This document shows positions 12,587-21,107 of a stretch of DNA of 54,410 bases, piece by piece; positions within the stretch are counted from its first letter, which is position 1, and each line of letters opens with the position of its first letter. Made by a program: the position numbers and the translations under genes. The DNA comes from an uncultured Mycoplasma sp. (GTDB lineage Bacteria; Bacillota_I; Bacilli_A; RF39; UBA660): the NCBI GenBank assembly GCA_964430785.1, contig CAYSFJ010000002.1, positions 1-54,410 of the forward strand. The letters run 5' to 3'. Under the pieces are notes generated by a model. The model was not told where the DNA came from. It did not search any database and saw only the letters and a program-made list of their open reading frames with translations.

Positions 12587-14680
12587 TTACTTTACCTTCC
12601 TAATTCCTTTATAATTTTTCAAAAATTTTTTAACACCATATCTTTGATGAAATGCAATTGTTATAAACTTATCATCTATGCATGTAATAACACCTTTACC
12701 AAATGTTAAATGTGTAACAATATCACCATTTTTAAATTCATCGCATGAAGAAGAATCATCTGAATATAATAATTTAGTTTTAAGTAAATGCATCTGGCTT
12801 TTATTATCTTCTTTATCAAGTAAATTGTCACTAATTTCGCTAATAAATCTACTTGGAGGATTTACCTGCATATTACCATAAAGCATTCTTCTTCCTGCAT
12901 TTAATAAATAAAGTTTTTCTTTTGCACGAGTTATGGCAACATACATAAGTCTTCTTTCTTCCTCAAGTTCTTCATCATCATATAATGCTTTACTTATAGG
13001 CATAATATTTTCCTCAAGGCCTATAATAAATACAACTTTAAATTCAAGCCCTTTTGCACAATGCATAGTCATAAGTGTTACAGCATCAGCATCTAAAGAA
13101 TACTCAGCAGCATCTGAAACAAGTGAAACATCCATTAAAAAGTCTGATAAATTAACATTACCGGTTTCTTTTTCATAAGTTTCAGAAACACTTCGAAATT
13201 CCATTAAGTTTTCAATTCTAATATCGCTTTCTAAAGTTTTATCATTTTCATAAGTTTCTTTCATTTTTGATAATTCTAAAGTTTTATCAATAAGACCTGT
13301 TATTGAGGTATCTTTACTTATTTCAATTAAATTTAAAATTAAATTTTTAAATTCTAATTCCTTACCACTATCAATTGCATCGAACATTGATATATTTAAA
13401 CTTCTTGCTTTTACTCTTAAATTATCAATAGTTTTATCACCTATTTTTCTTTTAGGTTCATTAATTATTCTTTCAAGTGATACATCATCACTAGGATTAG
13501 CAATAAGTTTTAAGTAAGCAAGTAAATCTTTAATTTCTTTTCTTTTATAAAAATAAAATGAACCAAAAACTTTATAAGGTATATTTGATTTAACTAAGGC
13601 ATCCTCAATAGAACGAGATTGAGCATTTGTTCTATAGAAAATTGCTATATCTTTTTTATTATATCCTTGTTCACATAATTTTTGAATTTCTTCGATAACT
13701 CTTTTATTTTCCATTTCATCATTATATGTTCTAATATATTTTATTTTTACACCCTGGCCTAAATCTGAAAATAAATCTAAATCTTTTCTTTGTTTATTAT
13801 GAGATATTACTTCATTTGCAGCATCAAGTATTGTTTGTGTACTACGATAATTTTGAGGTAATTTTATTACCATACATCCTTTAAAATCTTTTTCAAAATT
13901 TAAAATATTTTGATAATTTGCTCCCCTAAAAGCATAAATTGATTGTGATGGATCTCCAACTACAAAAAGATTTAAATATTTTTTTGAAAGCAATTTTACA
14001 AGTTTATATTGTACTTCATTTGTATCTTGATATTCATCAATTAAAATATATTTAAACTTATCTTGATATTTTTCTAATATTTCTTTATTACTATTAAATA
14101 GTTCTACAGGTTTTTTTAATAAATCATCAAAATCTAAAGTATTATTTCTTTTTAATATTTTTTCATACTCATAATAAACTTTAACTGCTATTTTTTCATT
14201 TTCAGAAATTAAGAAATTTGCTATTTCACTATCAGAAAGCATATTATTTTTTATAAAAGAAATCTTACTTTTTATAAAAGTAGGACTTACCATTTTATCA
14301 GTAATATTTAAGTCTTTCATTATCTTTTTTATAATACTTGTTTGATCTTCAGTATCAATTAAAGTAAATGCATTTGTTAAATTAAATAAAGCACTGTTTT
14401 CTCTAATTATTTTTAGGCCAAATGAATGGAATGTACCAATAAAAGCATCACTTGCATTTACAATATTATTTACTCTTTCCCTCATTTCACCTGCAGCTTT
14501 ATTTGTAAATGTAATAGCAAGTATATTATATGGTTTTACACCACTATCAATCAAATTAGCAATCCTTGTAGTTAATACTTTTGTTTTACCAGAACCCGCT
14601 CCTGCGATAACTAAACACGGACCATCTTTAAATGTAGCCGCCTTTACTTGTTCTGTATTTAATTTTTCTATATAGTCCAT
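12587..14680 (-). CDS. pcrA: ATP-dependent DNA helicase PcrA (UvrD family)
   Basis: Walker A AGAGSGKTKV, motif II DEYQDTN, and QNYRST. Adjacent to ligA as in Bacilli. Confidence 0.92.
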   Translation of the reverse strand: MDYIEKLNTEQVKAATFKDGPCLVIAGAGSGKTKVLTTRIANLIDSGVKPYNILAITFTNKAAGEMRERVNNIVNASDAFIGTFHSFGLKIIRENSALFNLTNAFTLIDTEDQTSIIKKIMKDLNITDKMVSPTFIKSKISFIKNNMLSDSEIANFLISENEKIAVKVYYEYEKILKRNNTLDFDDLLKKPVELFNSNKEILEKYQDKFKYILIDEYQDTNEVQYKLVKLLSKKYLNLFVVGDPSQSIYAFRGANYQNILNFEKDFKGCMVIKLPQNYRSTQTILDAANEVISHNKQRKDLDLFSDLGQGVKIKYIRTYNDEMENKRVIEEIQKLCEQGYNKKDIAIFYRTNAQSRSIEDALVKSNIPYKVFGSFYFYKRKEIKDLLAYLKLIANPSDDVSLERIINEPKRKIGDKTIDNLRVKARSLNISMFDAIDSGKELEFKNLILNLIEISKDTSITGLIDKTLELSKMKETYENDKTLESDIRIENLMEFRSVSETYEKETGNVNLSDFLMDVSLVSDAAEYSLDADAVTLMTMHCAKGLEFKVVFIIGLEENIMPISKALYDDEELEEERRLMYVAITRAKEKLYLLNAGRRMLYGNMQVNPPSRFISEISDNLLDKEDNKSQMHLLKTKLLYSDDSSSCDEFKNGDIVTHLTFGKGVITCIDDKFITIAFHQRYGVKKFLKNYKGIRKVK

Positions 14681-14727
14681 ATTTCACTCTCCATAAGTTA
14701 ATTATATCATTAAAATAAAAAAGATTG

Positions 14728-14756
14728 TAGACACTTTTATTTATTTTTTGTATAAT
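14728..14756 (+). promoter_or_regulatory. Sigma-A-type promoter for the cyclophilin gene
   Basis: TAGACA, 17 nt, TATAAT, with TG immediately upstream of the -10 element. Confidence 0.55.
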
Positions 14757-14773
14757 TTAAATGGTGATAAAAA

Positions 14774-15382
14774 TTGAAAAAGAAAATATTATTATTAGGA
14801 TTATTAGTATTTATGATATGCGGTTGTTCAAAAAATAATGAAAAACCTAAAGAAAATCCAATTGTAACAATGAGTATAAAGGACTTTGGTGATATTAAAA
14901 TAGAACTTTATCCAGATGTTGCAGAAAATACTGTAGCAAATTTTGTAAATTTAGTCGAAGATAAGTTTTATGATAATAATACTATTCACAGAGTTCAAAA
15001 AGGTTTTGTAATTCAAGGTGGCGATCCTACAGGTGAAGGAACTGGAGGCCCAGGATACTCTATCAAAGGAGAATTTACACAAAATGGTTATCCTAATAAT
15101 TTATCTCACACTAAAGGTGTTATTTCAATGGCAAGAAGTACTGATCCTGATTCTGCAGGAAGTCAATTCTTTATAGTTTTATCTGATGAAGCAGCATCCT
15201 CTCTTGATGGACTTTATGCAGCATTTGGTAAAGTAATCGAAGGAATGGATATAATCGAAGAAATAGAAAATAGTGATTTTGAAATTAAAAATGAAGTTTA
15301 TGGAATACTTAAAACACCTCTTACAATTGAAAAGGCTACAGTTGATACAAAAGGTTATACATATAAAGTAACTAAAAACTAG
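14774..15382 (+). CDS. Peptidyl-prolyl isomerase, cyclophilin-type lipoprotein
   Basis: TTG start after GGTGAT. Lipobox FMICGC. Cyclophilin motifs HRVQKGFVIQGGDP and SAGSQFFI. Confidence 0.85.
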   Translation: MKKKILLLGLLVFMICGCSKNNEKPKENPIVTMSIKDFGDIKIELYPDVAENTVANFVNLVEDKFYDNNTIHRVQKGFVIQGGDPTGEGTGGPGYSIKGEFTQNGYPNNLSHTKGVISMARSTDPDSAGSQFFIVLSDEAASSLDGLYAAFGKVIEGMDIIEEIENSDFEIKNEVYGILKTPLTIEKATVDTKGYTYKVTKN

Positions 15383-15869
15383 TTACTTTTTTATTTTGAG
15401 TAATACTATGAATATCACTTATACTAATATGTGCATTATAATCAATTTTTTTTATGTTTATTAACACTTTTTTTATAACACTTTTATTACACTCTACAAT
15501 AAACATATTCTTATTATTTTTTAAATTAATTTCTGTTATAAATTCAGTATTTTCACTTAAAAATTTTGAAAGACTATTTCCTTTAGTAATAATCATAATA
15601 TTTACTTTACCCTTAATTAAATTATTAATTATGGCACCTCCAATTAGGTTACCTGTACTATAACCAAGTGCATAACTTATAGGAATCCATATTGAATTTA
15701 TATTCATATTAATTGCTTTCCTAGCTACAATAAACCATATAAGAATTTCAAAAAAAGATATTATCGTGGAAGGTAATATTTTACCTTTTAATGTAAAAAA
15801 TGTTCTTATAGTATTTAAGGAAACATCTAATATACGAGCAAAAAATATTTCTATACATATATTAATCAT
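15372..15869 (-). CDS. UPF0316/DUF2179-family membrane protein (YebE-like)
   Basis: 165 aa. N-terminal TM pair with the LNTIRT-type motif (VSLNTIRTFFTLKGK) and a C-terminal soluble half. Its ATG overlaps the sigma-factor stop codon (ATGA). Confidence 0.55.
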   Translation of the reverse strand: MINICIEIFFARILDVSLNTIRTFFTLKGKILPSTIISFFEILIWFIVARKAINMNINSIWIPISYALGYSTGNLIGGAIINNLIKGKVNIMIITKGNSLSKFLSENTEFITEINLKNNKNMFIVECNKSVIKKVLINIKKIDYNAHISISDIHSITQNKKVTSF

Positions 15870-16642
15870 TTTATAAGTCTTCTTACTTTAGAAAGTGCAC
15901 ATTTTTCAATTCTTGATACTTGTGCTTGTGATATATCTAAAGCCGATGCTATTTCAGTTTGAGTTTTACCAACTACATACCTTTCTAATAATATATTTTT
16001 TTCTCTAATATTAATTTTATTTAAAGCTTTATATAGACCTATCATTGTATCATTATCTATACTTTTATTTTTATTATCTGCAAGACGTTCCTCAAGATAA
16101 ATAGCATTTTCACCATCATTATAAACTGGTTCAAATATACTAACAGGCTCTTTTAAAGAATCTAATGCAAAACCTACATCATACTCACTCATTGAAAGAT
16201 TATTTGCAATTTCATAACATTTTGGTTCCCTACCATTTTTATTTATAAAATCCTCTTTGAATTTTAATATTTTATATGCATCATCTTTAATACTTCTTGC
16301 AACACGCATTTGACTATCGTCACGTAAAAATTTTTTGATCTCACCAATAATAAGTGGTACAGCATAAGTTGATAGTTTTAAATTATATGATAAATCAAAA
16401 TTATTAACAGCTTTGATTAAACCTATTACACCAACTTGAAATAAATCATCTTGATTAATACCAATTTTATTAAATTTTTTAAGTATAGATAAAACTAATT
16501 TTAAATTTCCATTTACAATATCTTGTTTTGCTGATAAATCACCACTTTGATATAATTTGAATAATTTTATATTTTCTTCATGAGTCAAACATTTAAGCTT
16601 ACTTGTATTTATACCTGTTATATCTACTTTATAATTGCTCAT
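15866..16642 (-). CDS. sigG: Sporulation-type group-3 sigma factor, most similar to SigG
   Basis: From ATG 16642 (SD GGAAGGA): MSNYKVDITGINTSKLKCLTHEE. Further motifs are FDLSYNLKLSTYAVPLIIGEIKKFLRD, EPVSIFEPVYNDGENAIY and ISQAQVSRIEK. By memory these match B. subtilis SigG segment by segment. Confidence 0.8.
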   Translation of the reverse strand: MSNYKVDITGINTSKLKCLTHEENIKLFKLYQSGDLSAKQDIVNGNLKLVLSILKKFNKIGINQDDLFQVGVIGLIKAVNNFDLSYNLKLSTYAVPLIIGEIKKFLRDDSQMRVARSIKDDAYKILKFKEDFINKNGREPKCYEIANNLSMSEYDVGFALDSLKEPVSIFEPVYNDGENAIYLEERLADNKNKSIDNDTMIGLYKALNKINIREKNILLERYVVGKTQTEIASALDISQAQVSRIEKCALSKVRRLIK

Positions 16643-17135
16643 ACCATTATCCTTCCAAAGATATTTTGGTAAGAAAAATAAAGTTTTATACATAAAAAGA
16701 AAATAATATAACCATTATTTTCCATTTACACTAACATTCAAATGGTGTAGATTTTATATAACATCTAAATAAGATATTTCATAATCTGAAATATAACATT
16801 TCTTTTTTATATTAATATATAATTTATCTTCAAAACCTAGAAATGAATTATAATTATTTATATCATTATATAAATCTTCTTAATAAGATATTGACTATAT
16901 TTCACCAAGTATATTATATATATCCCTTATACTTTTTACATTATATTTATCACTTAATACATAATATGTTTTATTTTCAAAAACCATTTGTTCCTCGGTT
17001 ACTTCAGAATTTGAATAAAATAATTATTTTATAATATTATTTTTTGTTAATATATCAGACTTGATAAATAACTATCAAATTTATGATTAACTTCATTATT
17101 ATTAGTACTTTTTTTACTATTCATAACTTTCCCTA

Positions 17136-19385
17136 TTAATATACATAATAATTATATGTATAACTATATTTATAGCAGTCATCTTCTTTTTGACATTCGT
17201 ATGAATTATTTAAATTATATCCACTTTGACATAAATAACAAGAACTCCCACTTTTTGTACCAGATGAACAAATTGCTTCGAAACTAATAAATTTACATGT
17301 CTTTGTTGCAGTTACACCTTTTGTTACACCAGTTACACTATCATTAATATTTGCTTCATTTTTTATCGCTATACACAAATCTTTTGCTCCATCACCATAT
17401 GCTCCGCAAATGCTAGAGTTATCTTTTGAACAATAAACAACACCATTATTTTTCCAGTGGCTATCATAAACACAATCGCAATCACAATTTTCACTAAATC
17501 CAACAGGTGATGCATCACCAGCATTAAACGCACAACTTCCAGTACTATTTTTATAAACTACAGAATTAACTTCATTACCATATTTATTATAATAATGACA
17601 ATTACCGTAATTATCCATTGCATAACCAACACCAGTATTAGAAACTTGACTAAAACCTGTTTGTGATTTAAAAGAAAAGCTTCCACAATTTGGGGTTGTA
17701 ATTTTAGGATTAGCAGCAATAATACAAGTTGACTTATTTGAAGAAGGCGTTACTATACATTTCCCATTTTTATTACACTCTGCATCTCCCTTTACATTAT
17801 AATCTAATACATTTCCTTCTATATTTATAGTTTCTTCAAATTTAGTCTGACTAAGTCTATTTCCATTAACAGTACCAGATATTAATTCTATATTTTTATA
17901 ATCACTACCTTCATTTCCAGCATTATCTATAGCAGTAACTTTTACTGTTCCCCCACTAATTGAACCAATATTCAATTCAACAGAAGTTTTAGTACTAGAT
18001 ATTGGTATTGATGCAAGTTTATCATTATAACTTATATTAGCATTATTAATTCCACTAAGATTATCATTTATTGTAATATCTACACTAAGTATTCCACCTG
18101 AATAACTCATATTATTAATTTTAACATTAGGTTTTGTTTTATCTAAATATACATTAACTTCATCATTTTTGTTAATCGGACATTTTCTTTCATTTCCAAC
18201 ATTATCTTTAATTGTAAATTTTCCAATCGTATCCTTTATATTAGCAGTCATATAATCTTTAGTATAAGTATACTCTAAATAGCAGGTATTTCCATTACAA
18301 GAAATAGTTTTTCCATTTATACTTTCACATCCAGATTGTTCATCTTTACAACCATATTTTACTTTTACATTTTTATTAGTCCATATATTATTTCCAACAT
18401 AATCACAGTCTGGAGGAGTTTTATCAATCTTTTCTATTTTAATTATTTCATTATACTTAACTTTATTTCCAGCTTTATCAATTACACAAAAGTAATAATC
18501 GCCATTATCTTTAACTTTAACTTCAACATCTACATTATTTGGATTAGCATTATCATCTATTTTATTAAAATTTTCTATGCTTTCTGATTCACAATTATTT
18601 TCACTTAATATATAACCATAAATGCCTGATCCTTCATCAGTTAAGTTAAATATTAATGTTTTTGTTTTAGACCAAGTATTATTTATTTCTGAGACATTAT
18701 CTTTTTTTATTACCGGTGATAAACCATCAATTCTTATTCTTGTTCCCATTGAATTTAAAGTTTCTGTTTCATTTGACGCAGTAACATAAAATTCATCATC
18801 AATTACATTACCTCTTTCTTTAAAAAGACTAGTTAAATCATAAATAGAACTACTCTCTAAAATATTTGGATTTAAATCGCTTTTCCAAACAAACTTATAA
18901 TCATTTATATTCTTTTTATTATCAGTTAGTACTGCTGTTAATACAACAGGTTCTTTGTACCAACCATTTATTGTAGTACCACTAGATTTTATTTTTATAC
19001 CATTATTTGAAAAGCCTACATCAATGCAACTACCATCCTCGTCTGTTTTATTTTCTCCAAGTACGGCCTTTTCATTATTATTTATTGTTATTTCAAAACA
19101 GTTTAATGAAGAACCATCTCTAGGATCAGATATAATCATTGATTTATTATCTGCTTTTAAATAGCCCTCATTAATAAGCAATTGCACATTTACTTTTGTA
19201 CTTTCAGTATCTTGATAATATTTTTCAGCAGCTTCTTCTATCTGCTCTTTAACATTTTTATATTGTTTTTCCAATATATTATTTCTTACCGCACCAATTG
19301 AAAATATTCCAATTATAATAACAATTCCTAAAAGTACTATTACACTAAGAAGTTCAACTAAAGTAAAACCTTTTTTATTTTTCAT
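17136..19385 (-). CDS. Large prepilin-leader (type IV pilin-like) protein with three Ig-like repeats and a Cys-rich C-terminal module
   Basis: N-terminus MKNKKGFTLVELLSVIVLLGIVIIIG is a class III signal (G|FTLVE). Three repeats of about 93 aa are each marked by D-x-x-SG and D/K-x-AGN/VGN motifs. The last ~215 aa contain 18 Cys by my count. Confidence 0.75.
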   Translation of the reverse strand: MKNKKGFTLVELLSVIVLLGIVIIIGIFSIGAVRNNILEKQYKNVKEQIEEAAEKYYQDTESTKVNVQLLINEGYLKADNKSMIISDPRDGSSLNCFEITINNNEKAVLGENKTDEDGSCIDVGFSNNGIKIKSSGTTINGWYKEPVVLTAVLTDNKKNINDYKFVWKSDLNPNILESSSIYDLTSLFKERGNVIDDEFYVTASNETETLNSMGTRIRIDGLSPVIKKDNVSEINNTWSKTKTLIFNLTDEGSGIYGYILSENNCESESIENFNKIDDNANPNNVDVEVKVKDNGDYYFCVIDKAGNKVKYNEIIKIEKIDKTPPDCDYVGNNIWTNKNVKVKYGCKDEQSGCESINGKTISCNGNTCYLEYTYTKDYMTANIKDTIGKFTIKDNVGNERKCPINKNDEVNVYLDKTKPNVKINNMSYSGGILSVDITINDNLSGINNANISYNDKLASIPISSTKTSVELNIGSISGGTVKVTAIDNAGNEGSDYKNIELISGTVNGNRLSQTKFEETINIEGNVLDYNVKGDAECNKNGKCIVTPSSNKSTCIIAANPKITTPNCGSFSFKSQTGFSQVSNTGVGYAMDNYGNCHYYNKYGNEVNSVVYKNSTGSCAFNAGDASPVGFSENCDCDCVYDSHWKNNGVVYCSKDNSSICGAYGDGAKDLCIAIKNEANINDSVTGVTKGVTATKTCKFISFEAICSSGTKSGSSCYLCQSGYNLNNSYECQKEDDCYKYSYTYNYYVY

Positions 19386-19481
19386 ATTCTCACCTACTAT
19401 ATTAAGTATAACAAATTATTTACATTTTTCAAGAAAATAGCAAACAAGAAAAAACACAAAAAAATAAACAAAATATTTTGT

Positions 19482-20033
19482 CTATTCTAAATTAACTCTG
19501 GCATCTTTTTCTTCTTCACTTGCTTTAAAATATTCTTCTTCTTTAAAACCATGTATTTTAGCAACAATAAGTGTTGGAAATGAAATAACTTTCTCATTAT
19601 ATAAAGAAACATTTGCATTATATATTCTTCTTGAAGCAGATAAATGTTCTTCACAATCAACTATTGCTTTTTGTAAATTTAAAAAGTTTTCATTTGCTTT
19701 TATATCAGGATACTTTTCAATAATAATATTTATTTTATTCATTGTTTCATCTAAAGTTTTATTAATATCTTTAAGTTCATTTAAATTCATATTATTACGA
19801 AAATTTATAACACCTATCAAAGTTTCTTTTTCATGTTTTGCATAACCTTTTACAACCTCAACAAGATTAGTTATAACATTATATCTTTTAGAAAGCCCAA
19901 CATCTATTCCAGATAAAGCTTCTTTTATTTTTAATTTATATTTTTTTAAAATATTAACAGTTCCTATATAACTTGCTAATATAATTAAAATAATAATTCC
20001 AACAACAATTAATATAATATATTTTCTTTCCAT
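19482..20033 (-). CDS. lemA: LemA family membrane protein
   Basis: Single N-terminal TM segment followed by the LemA helical domain. Start set at ATG 20033, after AAGGAG. Confidence 0.8.
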   Translation of the reverse strand: MERKYIILIVVGIIILIILASYIGTVNILKKYKLKIKEALSGIDVGLSKRYNVITNLVEVVKGYAKHEKETLIGVINFRNNMNLNELKDINKTLDETMNKINIIIEKYPDIKANENFLNLQKAIVDCEEHLSASRRIYNANVSLYNEKVISFPTLIVAKIHGFKEEEYFKASEEEKDARVNLE

Positions 20034-20034
20034 T

Positions 20035-20940
20035 TTAATTCTCCTTAAATAAATCATTGTCTAAATCAAGTTCTTCAATAAAATTTATGATTACATCAAT
20101 GTCTTTTTTTATAGTATTTTTAATAAAATTTTCATTAACTTTTTTATGTATACTTGGTTCAAAAGAATCTAAATAATTATTAAGACCTAAATATAATTTA
20201 TTATTATTAAAGCAAAGTATTAATTTACCATTTATTTTTAAACTTAAATCTTTAACTTTTTCCATAAATGATGGTGATAAAATATAAAAAGCCTCATGCT
20301 TACTTTGTGCATAAACTGAAAACTTTTTATTAAACTGTTCATCCTCTAAATTAATTTTTTCATAATTTAAATCATAAAATTTAATGACTGATTCAATTTG
20401 TGTTACACATAAATTCGACTTAAATGTCTTATTAAAATCAAATATAAACCATCTACCCATAAATAATGTTACATAATAAGTACTTTTATTGCCGTCCATA
20501 TCCTCTGTTTCATGTTCTTCTTCAATATGAACATCTGATGAAATAAAACTTACATCTTTATATTTTCCTTTTATATAATCATTAGCATAATATCTATCTG
20601 ATGTATTAATCATTTTAGTGTTTTCTAAAATTTCACGTGAAATACCCATTTCTGGTTCATATTCTAAATTGGTAAAAACTTCTTTTAAAGCATTGCAAAC
20701 AAAATAATTTTTATAAATTTTTTTATATTCATTTGCATATTTTTGTCCTGGTAAACTTGCAAAAGCCAAACTAAAAACTAGAGTAAATATTAAAGCATAA
20801 TAATAATTAAATGATAATGAAATAACATCATATTTACATAATATTAGAAATAAAATATTAATCAAAATTGCAATGCTATAGCAAATTGCATTACATACTT
20901 TATATTTTTTTCTAAGCAAATTTAATTTATCTATTTCCAT
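20035..20940 (-). CDS. Two-TM membrane protein, DUF3137-like (LemA-associated)
   Basis: The N-terminal TM hairpin, a ~200-aa C-terminal domain and the stop codon 1 nt before the lemA ATG fit the common DUF3137-LemA pairing. The family call is from memory only. Confidence 0.45.
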   Translation of the reverse strand: MEIDKLNLLRKKYKVCNAICYSIAILINILFLILCKYDVISLSFNYYYALIFTLVFSLAFASLPGQKYANEYKKIYKNYFVCNALKEVFTNLEYEPEMGISREILENTKMINTSDRYYANDYIKGKYKDVSFISSDVHIEEEHETEDMDGNKSTYYVTLFMGRWFIFDFNKTFKSNLCVTQIESVIKFYDLNYEKINLEDEQFNKKFSVYAQSKHEAFYILSPSFMEKVKDLSLKINGKLILCFNNNKLYLGLNNYLDSFEPSIHKKVNENFIKNTIKKDIDVIINFIEELDLDNDLFKEN

Positions 20941-21053
20941 ATTAACTCCAAACAAATAAAGTATAACATATATTAAAGTTAATATGCAATTGGTGATGTA
21001 AAAATCATTTTATTTTACTGTCAAATTTAGTAAAATTTATGCATGTGAATTTA

Positions 21054-21082
21054 TTGTAAAAATTATGTTGTTTTGATATAAT
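21054..21082 (+). promoter_or_regulatory. Sigma-A-type promoter for the herA-like operon
   Basis: TTGTAA, 17 nt, TATAAT, then SD AAAGAGG and the ATG at 21108. Confidence 0.6.
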
Positions 21083-21107
21083 AATTTTAGAGTAAAGAGG
21101 TATTGAT

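Noticed and set aside
16643-16760. SigF/SigG-dependent promoter upstream of the sigG-like gene
   Set aside because: The only partial match is GAATG followed 11 nt later by GGAAAATAAT. The spacing does not fit either the SigF (15 nt) or SigG (18 nt) consensus as I recall them.
16843-17034. 63-aa plus-strand ORF in the sigG-pilin gap
   Set aside because: Tyr/Ile/Leu/Asn low-complexity translation of AT-rich spacer, with no SD and the opposite orientation to all neighbours.
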